Shown here: in pieces, positions 40,106-54,387 of the stretch
Layout of the letters: each line of letters opens with the position of its first letter
How positions within the stretch are numbered: the first letter of the stretch is position 1
Assembly (NCBI RefSeq): GCF_009914755.1
Contig: NC_060931.1
DNA length: 64,000 nt
Origin: the human T2T-CHM13v2.0 reference genome, Homo sapiens
Strand: one strand, 5' to 3'
Notes under the pieces: generated by a model
Told to the model about the DNA's origin: nothing
The model's database searches: none
What the model saw: only the letters and a program-made list of their open reading frames with translations
Translations under genes and position numbers: made by a program

Positions 40106-40140
<35 letters not shown>
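40072..40140. repeat. Compound (CA)n/(CAGA)n microsatellite
   Basis: Directly visible. Confidence 0.97.
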
Positions 40141-40144
<4 letters not shown>

Positions 40145-40369
40145 TCCTGAGCAACACTAGAAAAATATCTGAATAAAATCTAACTAACCAACAGCTTGAA
40201 ATAGAGACATCTTTGCCACTGTGAAATGAAAAGCATTAACCCAAAGCATGTTTGAGGGTTCACGCAACTTTCTCTCCTATGGAGAGGGTCCTTAACATCA
40301 AGTTATAAATGAGCTTCCTGTTTGCAGAGGTTGAACATTTGTGTTTGGAGAAACCTAACAGCCTCTGCT

Positions 40370-40780
40370 TTTTTGCCACACATGTTCAGAGTCTTTGTGC
40401 TTGCTGTTCCTTCCCTTGGAATGCTTTTCCCTCAGATGGGCACATGGCTTGCTGGCTCAGTCCCTCCAGAGGTCCGCTCATGGCATCTTATCAGTGAGAA
40501 CTCCTTGAACCACTATGTAGAAAACGGCACCCCCAAACTCCCACCCCACAGGCACACCTTATGCCCTGACCCTGCTTTATTTTAGCTATAGCTCTTAACA
40601 CTATGCGATAGACCATGTATTTCCCTGAGTATTTGTCCATTTTCTGTACCACCTCCTAGCCCCCAAAGAATGTAAGCTCCAGCAGGGCCATGACTGTGTG
40701 TGGTCTCTGCTGGCTTCCCAGCTTCAGAGACACCTCTCATAGTGGGCATTCCATGAACGTTAGTGCAGGAAGGAATGCAT
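40370..40780 (+). mobile_element. L2 3' fragment
   Basis: 'tttgtgcttgctgttccttcccttggaatgc', 'agaatgtaagctccagcagggcc'. Confidence 0.7.
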
Positions 40781-43700
40781 CCACGGCTTGCTATTATCCC
40801 TTCTCCAGCACAGAGGAAAGAACCCACGCAGAGGCAGAAATATTTGTTAAATTCCTGAGCTGCTGCTCTGTGGTGTTGAGCTCAGCAGAACCGCTCCCAG
40901 GAGCTACATGGAAGGGTGGTTTGGAGGGTGGAGAATTTCCAAAAAGTTGCAGGAATTTAGATGTATCTCCTGCCTTCTTTGCCTCATGCTAGAATCTGGA
41001 ATAGAGAGGACCTGTGTGCTCACAGAGGCAAGAAGCAGGGTAGTAGAAGGTTTGTTGAGTGAGGTGCTGGGGAGCACCTGGTTAACAGAGCCTCTACCCT
41101 ATAAATGCACATGGTGGCTTGTGATAGACAAGCTTTGTAAAATAACAGCAATAATAGCCTTTATTTAATTTTGGTATTTCTGTATTTTTTGTACATTGCC
41201 TTTGGGCAGTGTGCGGCTTTAATAAATAAACACACAGCTTCTAATGAGGGAATGAAATTACAGAATTGCTACCAATCCCAGAACAACAGCTGATCACTGC
41301 TGCCCATCGCCTAAATGAGAAGCATGTAATGTAGGTCACAATATTGAGAAGCTGAAGACCCCAGCGTCATGCAAAGTGGAGGGTCGGGTAGAGGAGGGCA
41401 CAGAGCAGGGAGGAGATGAGGCACAGTGATGCCTAGAGCAACTGCTGAAATTGGGGCACTGCAAAGAAACTTCTATTTTCTTTCTCGGCTAAGCTTCTGA
41501 TGAAGTTATTTAACAGTTTGTTTCCTATTATGCTTCTTTACGATAGCCAAACCATTATATTTTTCTCTTAGAGTTTAGTCATTATCAACATCCTGCCTCT
41601 TGGTATCTGGGCTAAACTTTATCTTGCCTAGAATGCGATACCTGACCAACTATAAGGAGTTGTCATAAGCCCATTTGAAAGTCAGGACACTTAAGGGCCA
41701 TTGGAAAATCAGTACAAGGAGAGTGTCCATTGATCTCTGCTTCCTTCTGTCATTGCACATGCTACCTCGTGTCATAATTTTCTCACTCTGTGCAACCTAC
41801 CCAAACCCTCCCCAGAGCTCAGACAGCTCCAGAGATAGGCACTGGATTTGTGACCCTCAGCACAGATTCTTGCATATAAAAAGGCTCACAAATATTTGCA
41901 GAAAAGCTGGAAGACTGAGTAATTTGGAGGCCAATGACAGTGAGATTTGCCTCTTTCTTATTTTTTTGTTTAAACATTCGCAACGGCCTGATATCCATTA
42001 AAATACCGTCCCATCAGAAAAGAGGGCAGCTCTTGCAGTACCAAAAAGAAAATGGAAGAGTCAAGGTTTGTAGAATGGGCCCACTCCTGTTTCCATGCTA
42101 GTCTGGATTTTAGTGTGAGAAGCAGAGGTTCACTTAAGCTGCTTCAAGAAAGAGGGTGTCCATTATAAATACTAATGAGGATCTCCTGGGAATCTAAAGA
42201 TACTACAGAGCAATCGAGTCTCAGGGAACCAACCTTGAGAAGCCACCAGGAACCAATGTCACGCTTCCAGCATCCGCAAGCTCCTTATCACAGCATCTCA
42301 TCCCTTGCCCTCCTTAGCAAACTGTAGGACTCTGACTCTTCATAATTTCTCCTATATTTTTGGCTTCCATACCATTTTGGCCATCCTCAATCTGTTTTCT
42401 GGCTCCTTCCCATAACTTCAGCTTTGGTGTCTGTTGCAAAAGGTCTCTCGGTACCTAATTTCAAATTTTAGAGAGAAATATGATCTGCCCTGCTCATGCA
42501 TTTCAGCCACAACACATGTATCTTCTAAGAGAGGATTAATTTTGAGCTGAAGAAAGTGGGCCCAGTTTAGGGCCGTAGCAGCAGCGTACACAACACAAGT
42601 GTTTCCAGATCTTCTTGTGATTCTACTGAACTCACCCGGGTCATTTGACAGCCCAAGAAAAACAATACAGATTAATCTAAGAGAATGTAAATAATGGGTA
42701 GATTTGTAAAATGTCTAAACAACTTTTGAGTGTGAATATCCTTTTATATATATCCTTTATATATATCCTAGACAACTTTGAGTATGACTATATCCTTTTA
42801 TTATAATTGAATATACAAATGAAAAGTTAGTTTGAAGCATTCCTAAAACAATGACACTTTGATTCTAAACAAATGATCACTTTAAAAAATTAATGTGGTT
42901 CCTCTAAATACAAGTGCCTTCTTAATGATAAACATTTACTGTTGTGAAAATTATTTTAATTGGAAATAATACGTGGTGAATGAGAAGGTCACAGCTATTA
43001 TATTAGAGCTATTAAAAGACCAAAACAGGAAAATTTAAATTATGAAAGTATTCCTGCCCAGAGTAGATGAGAATATGCTCCACTAAATTCTTACATATGC
43101 CTCATGGAAAGAAGACACTTTATTCTTCGTGTTACGACTCAGGACAAAGAAGCACGCCTTTCTCATCTTTGTGTGTCTGGTGTCACATGAAGAAGCTGAC
43201 ATGTATTTGGTGGTCAATAAATGTTTGGGGTATTAATAATAAATGACTGCAGTCTTAATATTTCGGGAAATGGAGCAGAATGCAAACTACTTTGGAAAGT
43301 ATAAAGGTTTTAACTCAAGTTATTTAAAAATTAAGTGAGCTAAATGCCTGGTTTGGATTAATCGGTTGCCAAATAAGTCATCATAAGCCGTCTAACTTTA
43401 GAAGTGACAGTAACGACCCTGGGTGAGGAAAGGGATTTAGGGCAGTGTGTCTGAAGCTGAGGGCCTTCTGGCAGATTCCAGATGACTTCATTTTTAAAAG
43501 TCTGTGTATGTGAATTTGTCTTCTCAAATCTCCTTTAAAAGCAGTACTGCCCCTCTCAAATTTCCAGCCATGAGCTCCTCCAGGTGAGCAACTGTATCTT
43601 CTGCTTTTCTAGCCTCTAGCACCTGCCTAGAAGTTTGCTGAATTAATAGATTGCTCCACACAGAAGCTACATTAAAAAATCACCTAGTAGTAAAGAATAG

Positions 43701-44176
43701 GGTCTCAATGTACATTTACCAATGGATTGATGGATTCAAGAAGGTTACAAGCGTGAGAATGATTTCTGCCTTTCCCGGGTACATTCCTTGAATCCCCCAG
43801 ATGTTTCTCTGTTCCACATTGAGATTGTCTGATACACTGCTTTTTTTTTTTTTGAACCCTGCCATTTTGCTCTTCCATAGCTTTCATTACTCTCACCTTG
43901 TTATATGTATGCATCTACTTCCTTTCATAAAGCATGTGACCTTGCACACAGCAGGCCCTCAACGAGTGCTTAGAACAAGAAGGGTGGAATCTGGTGGGGC
44001 AAAAGGACAACATGCCCATAGGCCAATAAGCATAGGAAGACCGGGGTATCAAAATCCCCAGGAGAGGATCCCATCAGGCTGGGGGAAAAAGAGGGACAGT
44101 ACTAATTCTTTAGGGGGAAAGAGGTGAGCTGGGAAGATCAGAGTGGAATTAATTCCTCATTAAACTCCCTCTTCAT

Positions 44177-44695
44177 GCAATAGGAAGAAAAATGCTCCCT
44201 CACCAAAGATGTCTATGTCCTAACCTCCAGAACCTGTGAACAGGTTGTTAAAAGGTAAATAAAAATTAAGGTTGTGAATGGAAATAAATCTGCTAATCTG
44301 CTCACCTTAAAGTAGAGAGATTATCCAGGATTATCGAGTGGACTCAATGTAATCACAAGGTCCTTTAAAGCAGAAGGAGGCAGAAAAAAGTCCCAATTAA
44401 AGAAGGTGTGATGATGGCAGCAGATCAGAGTCAACCAGTGTAGAAAGACTGGCCCAGCCGCTGCTGCCTTTGAAGTTGGACGAATAGAGCCCCTTCCAAA
44501 GAACATGGGCAGTCTAGAAGCTGAAAAAGGCAAGGAAACAGATTCTCCTATAGAGCCTCCAGGAAGAAACATAGCCCAGCCGACACTTGATGTTAGCCCA
44601 TTAAAACCCATTAAAACCCATTTTGCATGTTTTACTTCCAGAAATGTAAGATCACAGATTTGTGTTGTTAATAGCAGCAAATAGCAAACTAATAC
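44177..44695 (+). mobile_element. MLT1D-like solo LTR
   Basis: 'caaagatgtctatgtcctaacctccagaacctgtgaa...caatgtaatcacaaggtcc...ggcaaggaaacagattctcc...aactaatac'. Confidence 0.88.
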
Positions 44696-47649
44696 CGCAT
44701 AGGAGTCTATTATTAACTACATAGCACATGTATACCTAAAAGTTTACCAGCTCACTTATGAGGAACTCCCGTCAACCCTCTCAATGGAAGGTTTGTTGCA
44801 TCTGTTTATTGCCACAAGCTAAGCTAAGCTCACAAGCCGCATACATTTATATTTTGGGAAATAGTGCAGATACAAAGGAGCATGGTACCCAAGGGAAGGA
44901 AAAGGTGGAGACTTTGAGACTTTCCACTTTCTAGGATCCTGACTAATATACTTCCTAATACTTTGGGGAAATACATGCACTTGGAGTTAGGAGTAACAAC
45001 TTCTGAAAAACCTAGAAATTATTTAGTCATTGTAAAGCCTAGTTAGAATTTCAAATTATTTAATATGCCTTAGATAAAATTTTCCATTTTTGAAGGGAAA
45101 AAAAATCTTCTTGTTACAGTGAACTTTTAAATTCCTATTCGTATTGGTTTTGCTTTTCCTGTTAGCACATCTGAAAATAATTGTTTGTTATCTAGAAACA
45201 AAAGCTTTAAGCCGCTTACATTGTGTCTCCGTAGGATTATACACCCACAAACCAGCTCAGGGTGGGTGTCAAAGGCACAAACTCGTGCTCCATATGTACC
45301 CACCCTGCTTTGTGAAGACACATACTTGCAAAGAAAAAGTAAAACTAAGAAGGCAAGAGAACTAGGCTTAGAATGGAGCTTTCAACTACAACTCCAAGCC
45401 TAAAGCATCTGAGATAAAAAGATAATACTTATGCATTTGAATCAACATCACATACAGCATCACAAATTCCACCGAGAAAACCCACACTTCTGAAGTTCTG
45501 TGTGCCCATTGAGGCAGGGTACACACGGGGGAAATTTATACATGCATGGCACTGCCACACTTACTCTACATTTTTCCCCATAGACGTGTTTCATGTATAT
45601 CAAAGCTTTCAGATATCTATAACTTTTATGCAGAGGGAACATAAAATTCTTAAAAGAAAGTACCAGTGCTTAATACTATTTACGTGTACATTTTTGAAAC
45701 TACATTGTTTGGGCCACCACTGTTTCCCCCCATTTCCTACAGATGCAAGATTACCTGGGGAGAAGAATGTGCTATAAATTGAGGCTGAACATAGATTAAA
45801 TACATCACAAATTCTTAGCTCTCATATCCTTGGGTAGTGGAATTAACTTTCAGATAATACCACGTAGATGACTTGGTTATGACTGTAACTCACAACAGAA
45901 ACAGTAGTTACATATTTTTATTTTTTTATTGATTTGTCTCCCAATATAAAAATAAATACCCAGAGGCAACAGCACTATACTGGACTCTGAGAGATTTGAA
46001 GGCGGCAGCTCTACCTTTTACTTTTTGAGAGCATTCACTGAGAAAAAGAGAAATATTAAAAACTGTGTTCTGGAGCCTGGGATTTTATCCAGACATTTTC
46101 ACATACTGGTTTTAAAGTGTGTGTCACATTATTCTGTCCTCATTGGTAGCTGGTATAAGCCACAAGTTTCACATTTAAGAATCTTATGCCTAGACCCTGT
46201 ATATGATAAATTAATCAACCCACCTTTTTCCTGGTTGCTTCATTCCATAGAGATCCTTCTGTTGTGGTAACACAATTGTTGGTTGCTAATTTCTTTCTGG
46301 GCTCAAATTATGTTTAATAGCTTTTTTGACATTTCAGGTGTAAAATTCACCAATAGCCACAAATTGTTTTCTGTCTGCTTTTTGGATTTTTACTCTAGAT
46401 GTTTAAAAAAAAAAAAAGAAGAAGAAGAAGAAGGTGGTAGGGGCACCGCAGAATCTGTGATATTGTAAAGTGGTCCAGGTGGGCAGAAAATCACAGTGGC
46501 AGCTACAAACCACCTTGCTCATTTCACGTGACAAAGAATGCAAAGGTAAATGGAAAGGAAGGAAGCTGAAAAGAAAGGAAGCTAATTGCAGGCCATTTGT
46601 AACTGTTAGGAATGGGTAAACATATTACACTTCTCCCAGTATAACGTAGTGTTCTGGGTGAATTGCACCTAATTTTTTTCTTATTATGCCATTTGAAGGA
46701 CAAACTCATTCTTCACAGAAATTGCTTCAGGGCCTGAAGGCTCATGTAACTTGTTTAATCATGATTGTTATTTGATAGCATTACCTGGTAATCACTCTAT
46801 CAAAAGTTGGATGATTATCTAGAAGCCACATTAAGCAAAGACATTTAAAGACTATAGATTGATAAGAGCCCAGTTCTGCCTCCATCACAATACATTTTAT
46901 AAACTTAAGCGGCAGCTGATTTTTGTTTTCCAGTTTCAATGTTGTTCTCTATCGAGAAAAAAATAAAACAGTGGGCAGCTTTTTAAGCCAACTGTTTACT
47001 CAGATGTAATCCTGGGTAAGTTATTCGGCCTGACTTTGTATTGAGAAGTTTCCGGCCTTTGGAAACAGATCATCCCCCTAAAACATGCACAAACGACATA
47101 ACTTGTCCTTGAACAGAGAGAAAAACAAAATGGCCTGTTGGGCCCCGAGTAGGGAGATGACTGAGGAGTCCAAAGACTGTGGGAAGTCAAAAGGCAAGCG
47201 AGAAGCAGAGAGAGCAGGACACCCAGCCCTGAGCTCCAGGAGCCACATTCCTCCTTGAGCACGTTCCAAGGGCCGTGTTGCCCTCCTGGAGTCAAAGGAT
47301 GATCAGGCGGCACAGGGACACACAGGGAGCCTGGGCCTGTGCATTCCTAACTTTCCTGGGCGGTAAGAGCACACTTGTGTATGCACTAAAACTTTTTATC
47401 TCAGCATCCTCCCTGGGCTGCTCCAGATTCTCTCTCTGCTGGCCTCCTCGTCCTCTCCAACAGCCTCCCCTGCTCCTTCGGGAAATCTGTGGGCTGCTCC
47501 CCACAGCCCATGAGCCTGCCCCAGCTCTCAGCTTTCCTAGGCACCATGCAGACAGAGCCCAGACGCCCAGGGTCTGGCTTCTAAGTGTTGCTGCAGCCTC
47601 CGGCCTGTGGGACACTGGAGGGTGGGAGTCCTGTGTGTGTGCATGCCCT

Positions 47650-48790
47650 ACACGTACATGCACCACACACACACATACACACACACAGTCACCACAAGCA
47701 CACACCACACCATACCATGCTCACACCACACATACAATACCACGTACACACTACATAATCCATACACATACGATACACACACCACACGCATTCTCCATAC
47801 CATGCTCACACCACACACACAATACCACACACACCACACACTCTGTACACATACACACACCGCACACACTCCATACTGTGCTCACACCACACACACAATA
47901 CCACACACACCACACACTATACACATGCAATACACACACCACACCCCCGACACACACACTCCATACCATGCATACACCACACACACTCTCCATACCATGT
48001 TCACACCACACACACAATACCATGCACACACCACACACTCTATACACATACAACACACACACCACACACACATTCCATACCATGCTCACACCACACACAC
48101 AGACACCACACACCAGAAACACACATATACACACACCCCATACACATACATACCACACACATACACACCATACCACACACAAGCCACACACACATCATGC
48201 TTCACACACACACCACATTCCACACACATACCACGTTCCACACACACCACATTCCACACACATACCACATTCCACACACATACCACATACCACACACACA
48301 CCATACACACAATACAGACACCACACACCACACATACATCACATGCATACACATACCACACCATACACACCAGATGCCACACATATACCACAAGCATACA
48401 TACCGCACACCACATATACTACACCACCTGCACACAACACACAGACACCATGCCACATACCACATATACCACACACAACACTTAAACACACATATATGAC
48501 ATACATACATCACATTACACATACCACAGACACACACAATGCACACATAGGTACCACACCACATACCACAGACTCCACACACCATACACGCCACCTACAC
48601 ATATATATCATATTATACACATCTCACACATACACACACCCTACATCACATGCACACCACACCCACCACCATTCATATCACACACACATCACAGCACAGC
48701 ACATGTATCACACATACACACTACACACATACCACACATCTACATAACACATACACACATGCACACACACACACACACACACACACACCC
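47650..48790. repeat. Degenerate CA-rich low-complexity/minisatellite array
   Basis: About 1.15 kb of C/A-dominated sequence (cacaccacac/cataccatg units), very few G on + strand, ending in pure (CA)n. Confidence 0.97.
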
Positions 48791-49169
48791 CACGCCACAG
48801 ATCTGTCTCCTGCTTCCTTTGGTCAACAATGAAAGCTGCCACAGAGACAAAGTTAGGCAAAGGTTCTGTGACCACTAATTCCACAACTGCCAGGGCTCAG
48901 CCAGGCCGCCTCTCCTGCTCCTGCAGGAACCTGCTCCACTGGGATGCTCTTCCTGCACTGCCAGCTCTTCTTCCGACACCCAGGCATTTCCCTGAATCCT
49001 CTTTCCTCCATCACATCTTCTCTGTTAACTCCTTAGGTCACCTTATTAAAGTAGGTCATTCCAGTGGTTGCCTCTTAGAACATATCCAAGTCATAATGTG
49101 GATTTGTCTAGTTGCTTGAAACTGACTTTCCATTTTTGGCCATCATGAAGAATCAGCTTTTCTGGCTCT

Positions 49170-49378
49170 CACTTTTTATAAGGCATTGTTCTCATCCATT
49201 TATTTTAAGTATCTCATTGAATCTTCCCCACAATCCTCAGGTAGGAACCGTTATCAACCCTGTTTTACAGATGAGAAAACAGGCACAGAATGTTTACGTA
49301 CCTTGTTCAAGGTCACACAGCCTGTAGGTGGCAGAGGCGGGATTTGAACTTGGACCTGACCACACTACACCATGCTGT
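49170..49378 (-). mobile_element. MIR
   Basis: 'ttttacagatgagaaaacaggcacaga...aaggtcacacagc...ggatttgaac'. Confidence 0.8.
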
Positions 49379-51489
49379 CATTTCCCATCTAAGAATGGCA
49401 AAATGGACCTCATAATTTCTAGGGCCCTTTTCATCTCCGTAGTTCTGTGATTTGTTTTCTACTATGTTGTTCAGGTAAATGAGTTTTCATTTTTGTCATG
49501 TTTATGCAGATTGCATATTTTCTGGTTTAACTAGAAAATTCACTAGTACTTATGTCTTTAAGACATCAGAGTAGATGTAAAGGAAATGAGCCAGTAAATC
49601 TAAAACACATTCAGTGTTTTCTCTCATCGTGATTTTAGGCCTGTGGGAATCAGCTGGGAGGGAGAGCTTGAAATGTGTTTTCTGAGTTGGCTGCTGCGGG
49701 AAGCAATATGGAAGGGTGGAGAAACACTGGAAAAGGGGTCTGGGAACAACAAAAAAAAGTTGCTCAATGGTGCCAGTTTGGGGAGATCTGTAAAGGTTCA
49801 AAATCTTTCACCTTAGACCAGTTTATAGCCAAATGTAAGCTTCATATATTACATCATTATGCTGAAACAGTGGTTCATAAGGTTCCTGTTTGCAGTAGGA
49901 AAACAAGGTTGTTATGAGACCTTGGTGGGACATCAAGAGGAAGAGACCTAACTGGCAACTGTCAAACATGGGGAAAGGATGGCCTTACAAAACAGGAATG
50001 AATGGTGGATCTGAACGGCTCCAGTGAGCTTGTGCCCATAGTCACAGCGGCTGGAGATCCTGACAAGCCCAAGTCCCAACAGATGCTTACTGGAACTCAG
50101 TTTTATATCCATTTTCTTTTTCTCAGAGCCTGATTTTGTAAAAGTTCAATGATGGCATCCACATTGGATCACTGTTCAACTCTTCATTCTACAAATGCCG
50201 AACATGCAACAACTGCTATACAACTGTGTAGAGCAATTTTGTGCTCCTTCTTTTTATAAATGACTAGGGTTTTTTAATATTTAAGAAAAGCATAATAATA
50301 TACTGATCAATATCACACTGGGGAAACTTTAAAGTTATTATCTTCAAAATGAGTAGAATTGCCATATCAGAACATAAGCATCTTTACTTTCAGGTCTTGT
50401 GGTATGCATTTTATTTATAGCATAGTTGTAGTTTGTTGTTGTTGTTGTTTTTTCCAACCAACATGAATCACGGAGTCGGACTTTTTTTAAAAACATAAAA
50501 TGCATTGGAACCTATAACATATACTTAACAAAATTACCCAGTGCATTTTCTGTGAATAGTACCCAGTTCCCTTTCCCTTCTTTTCTGACAACAAGAGTGC
50601 TATTGCTCAGAAAATCACCATTTCCCATCACTTTTATTTGACTGAAAACAGACGGGTTTCCTAAGGTACCATGCTCTGCTCATCTGATATAAGATCACGT
50701 TAAAGATGATTGTGGCAATTTGTATCCTCTTGTTGTGAAACCACATGCTGTCCCCAGAAATTCAGGCCACATTTTTAGAGACCTCTTTTGTGTGCTTTTT
50801 ATTATTATAAAGACACATATGCACAATTTTAAAATTCAAAAATGTAAAAAAGTATTAAAAAGAAAACTAGAAACATCCCTAATTTGTCATAAGATTAAGG
50901 AAAATGTTACTTTCTTTTTTCTCTTTTCAGTATTAAAATAAAATATGTGTTTTGAAATCACCCAGAGTTTTATAACTCAGACTTATCTACTGATAATGTT
51001 TTGGTGTTCCTCCTTTCAATATTTTATCTAATCACACGTAGTGGACCCACGTTTTTAAAAGTTTAAATCACACCTTCTATAGCAGTCAAGGTTTTTTTCT
51101 TTTAGCATCTTATTCTGAATGTATTCCTGAAGCTGTACCTTTGGTCTAAACTTCACTAGACCTTTTAAGATCAGAGGATTGTGTCTTTGTTTAATTAAGA
51201 TACACACGGTTGTATAATTTGGGTATCTTTTGGATACAGTGTTCTGAACAAAGAAAAATAGAAAAAGTCAAAAGAGGATATTATAATTTGTATTGGCTTT
51301 TGTGTTGTGAAGCCTACTGGACATGCATACAATTACATGTGTGTGCATGCGTGTTCATGCACACACACGCACACACACACAAGTCACATGCCCCACTTCA
51401 TCTTTCTAATTACCCTTATTGCAACCTGATAGAATGCAGAACAGCATTTTTTTATTGTCTATTTTCCCCCAGCCCCTATCACCATGGTC

Positions 51490-51980
51490 CATGTCCAGAT
51501 GTGACCTCCCCGAAGGCAGGAACTGTTTTTACTTCACTGTTGTCTCTCCAGAGCCTCTAACAGTGCCTGGCACTACAGAGGCAGCCTTTCAATAAGTGCT
51601 GATAGAATAAAGATGTGTGCATGGCCATTTCCTGTCCTGAATTCTCTCAGTTCTCCCAGCTCCTCAGTCTGACTTCCAATGTCAACTTGCTAATTTTCTG
51701 CTCAATGGCAGGAAGGACTGGCATTAGGAGGTACTTCTTGACGGTCTCAAGGCCCCTAAGACATCAAAATGGAAGTCCAGGCCTCTCAGCATGGTGGTGA
51801 GGACCATGGGCCCTAGAGCTGACTTCCAGCGTCTGAGCCCAGCTTCCCCACTTCTACCTGGGCTGTGTGGGCAATTCACCCACCTCAGCTGTGGGAGCAT
51901 TCAATGATTTAGTGTCCATAAAGCTCTTAGAATGAGGCCTGGCATACAGTAAGTGCTCTATTGGTGTTAGCTGTTAGTGA
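51490..51980 (+). mobile_element. L2 3' end (~51490-51610) and MIR (~51787-51980)
   Basis: 'aacagtgcctggcac'; 'gcctggcatacagtaagtgctctattggtgttagctg'. Confidence 0.6.
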
Positions 51981-52434
51981 AGGAAACCAGGGAGCAAGGA
52001 AGTAAGAATGTGGACCCGCCATTCAAATGCACTTGGACGCCCAGCCATCCAACTGGGCCCTACTGAGTTATGGCCTGGTTAGATGATTCAATCCCTGTTA
52101 TAATGAAGATTTGAGGAAAGCATTCTGACTGCAAGAGTGGGATTGTGGCCCCAAGATTATTTCCTGAGTGTATCATTTGGGATGGTGAGAGTCCCAGCTG
52201 GTGTCTAAACTTTGTTCGTCTCTATAATTCTGCCAAACCTGGCCACTCAGTCCTCTGACAGACTAAGATCTGGTGAGGTCATCAGTTATTTACCCGTCTG
52301 GCTCCCCTCCTATGGTGTAAGCCTATGCTCCTGGTGCCTAGCTTAGTACCTGCCACAGGCTAAGTAGTCAATAAATGTTGAATGAATCAGTAAATAAATA
52401 AGTACATTCAATATATAATTTAGGTGTTCAGAGG

Positions 52435-52540
52435 ATATATGTGCAAATATGCATAATATATGCATATATACATACATATATGTGTGTACAGATATATATA
52501 CACATATGTATGTGTGTGTGGAGACGGCTAATATATATAC
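52435..52540. repeat. TA/CA/TG low-complexity tract
   Basis: Directly visible alternating purine-pyrimidine run. Confidence 0.8.
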
Positions 52541-54208
52541 TCCCTGCATACCACAAAGAACTGTTCTAAAGAATAAATCCAAGAAAGTACCCAAAATTGG
52601 TTGGAAAAACTGCAAATGTCTACACATCAAAAAAGTATTTGCTCTTATTGTCAGGCATGGTCAGAGAAGGATTATTAAAGGAGGTTGTTAGGCCTTGAGC
52701 TGAACTTTGAAGGAAAGGTAAAATCTGGCCAGGGAGAGAAAAGCCAGCCTGGTGAAATAAACAGAAAAGGTCAGAATGTATACCTCAGGCAGTTCTCACT
52801 TTGCTGTTTTATAGAAAATATAAAGATACTCTCCCCCACCCCCAACACATACACACCCTAGTAAAAATTCTGGGACCCTCTGGTTCTGAATTTGGGATAG
52901 GAAATCCAAGCCTGTGTGATCCCCCAGGTCTGGGGTGAAGGTGTTTAAACTGCTCGGCCATACCCCAAGCACAGGACTACCCACCCAGGCCAGCCTGCCT
53001 TACCAGAGCTTCTGGAGCCAGATGGGCTTTGAGGAAGTCTAACAAAAAGCATTACTGTCCCTCCACCCCAACTTCCCTCAGAGAGAAAACCAGAGTTTCC
53101 CAAATCTCACACCTAACCCACATTATTATTACTTATGTTTGGCTCATTTGAAAGTATGTACTTTTCTTAATACATTTAAACGTTTACATGTGCATTTCAA
53201 GAGGGGCATGTGGTTTCAAATAAGTTATCCATAGTTTTACCATTGAAATACTCCACATTTTAGAATGTGCTATCAAAATTAAAATAATAATTTATTTCAA
53301 TCGGCCATAGTTTTTTCCCCAACCTGGTACCGCCAGAGCTGGGTTTTATGCTGGAAGGTAGCATCTCAGGCTGCCAGAAGAGATTTCCATCTCGCTTTGA
53401 CTCCATTAAAGTAAGCTTCTATAAACAGACATCAATTACAACCAGTTTTAAGGGTTTTAAAATGTAATCCTACAGTGCTGCTTAACTAAATGAATCCCAG
53501 GAAGTGATCTCCAGTGAATTAATAGAGCGGTGTGCAGACGACTCACTATGAGTCTGAGTTAATGACTGAAGAAGATCAAATTAATTACAAGTGTCTCCAA
53601 GGAGTTTCCAGGATGAATTCTCCCTTATCAGTTAAAGTCTGTTTAACCCTTCATGTTCAAAGTCCGTACATTTTCTAATTGCTAAGATATCAATAATAAT
53701 GGGAAGAGAAAGGCTGGTCTGCCTTCTCCTCGGAAGTGGAGGTTTTCAGATGTATCAAAGCATCTCACCCACTGGGAGGGAAGCATCCCATGAACACACT
53801 GATTCACCAGGCCTTTTTCATGGATTGGAATCCAGCTGGGTTTCTGTCTGAACCATCAGGGAAGTTCCCTTGGCAAAGAGCCACAGGAGATTTTTAAAAA
53901 GTTTTTATGCTTAAAAAGTGTCCAAAAAAGATAACTTTATTGGAGGCGGAGGATATCCATGTGAACAGGATCAGATACACGTCTGCATTGACCAGGAAGA
54001 AGGGTTCAGGGTCAACATCAACATCGTTTTGCACCACAAGGATGTGGTAGTTGATCAGCAAAGAGCTCCTGAATAAGCCAATTTCCCCAGGAAATCACAG
54101 AAGGGCAAAATGCTCAGGCCCTCCTTGGCAGTGTTTACGTAGCCTTATGGAATCACCCTCAACCCAGCCCAGGGATTGGTCCCTTGCATCTCCCTGTGTG
54201 GTGATTTT

Positions 54209-54387
54209 ATTTTCTTTCTTATTTCTTTCTCTTTTTAGGGGGAATGGGGACTTGCTGTGTTGCCTAAGCTGGGGCACAATGGTGTGATCATAGCTCACCA
54301 TAGCCTTGACCTCCTGGGCTCCAGCGATCCTCCTGCTTCAGCCTCTTGAGTTGATGAGATTACAGGCATGAGCCACCGCACCTGGCC
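54209..54387 (-). mobile_element. FRAM-like Alu monomer
   Basis: Single monomer with right-arm insert ('gtgtgatcatagctcac') ending 'cacctggcc'; degenerate T-rich tail. Confidence 0.8.

Noticed and set aside
42050-42530. Possible old MaLR LTR
   Set aside because: Similarity too faint to support a call by eye.
44597-44624. CCCATTAAAA 10-bp tandem duplication
   Set aside because: Trivial slippage within the MLT1D LTR.
47275-48747. 490-aa His/Thr/Pro-rich ORF and overlapping Cys/Val-rich antisense ORFs
   Set aside because: Artefact of a CA-rich repeat that lacks stop codons; the 490-aa ORF has a non-ATG start, and none shows domain structure.
53538-53549. ACGACTCACTAT, a 12-nt match to the T7 promoter
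   Set aside because: Lacks the TAAT and terminal AG, with no vector sequence nearby; treated as chance.
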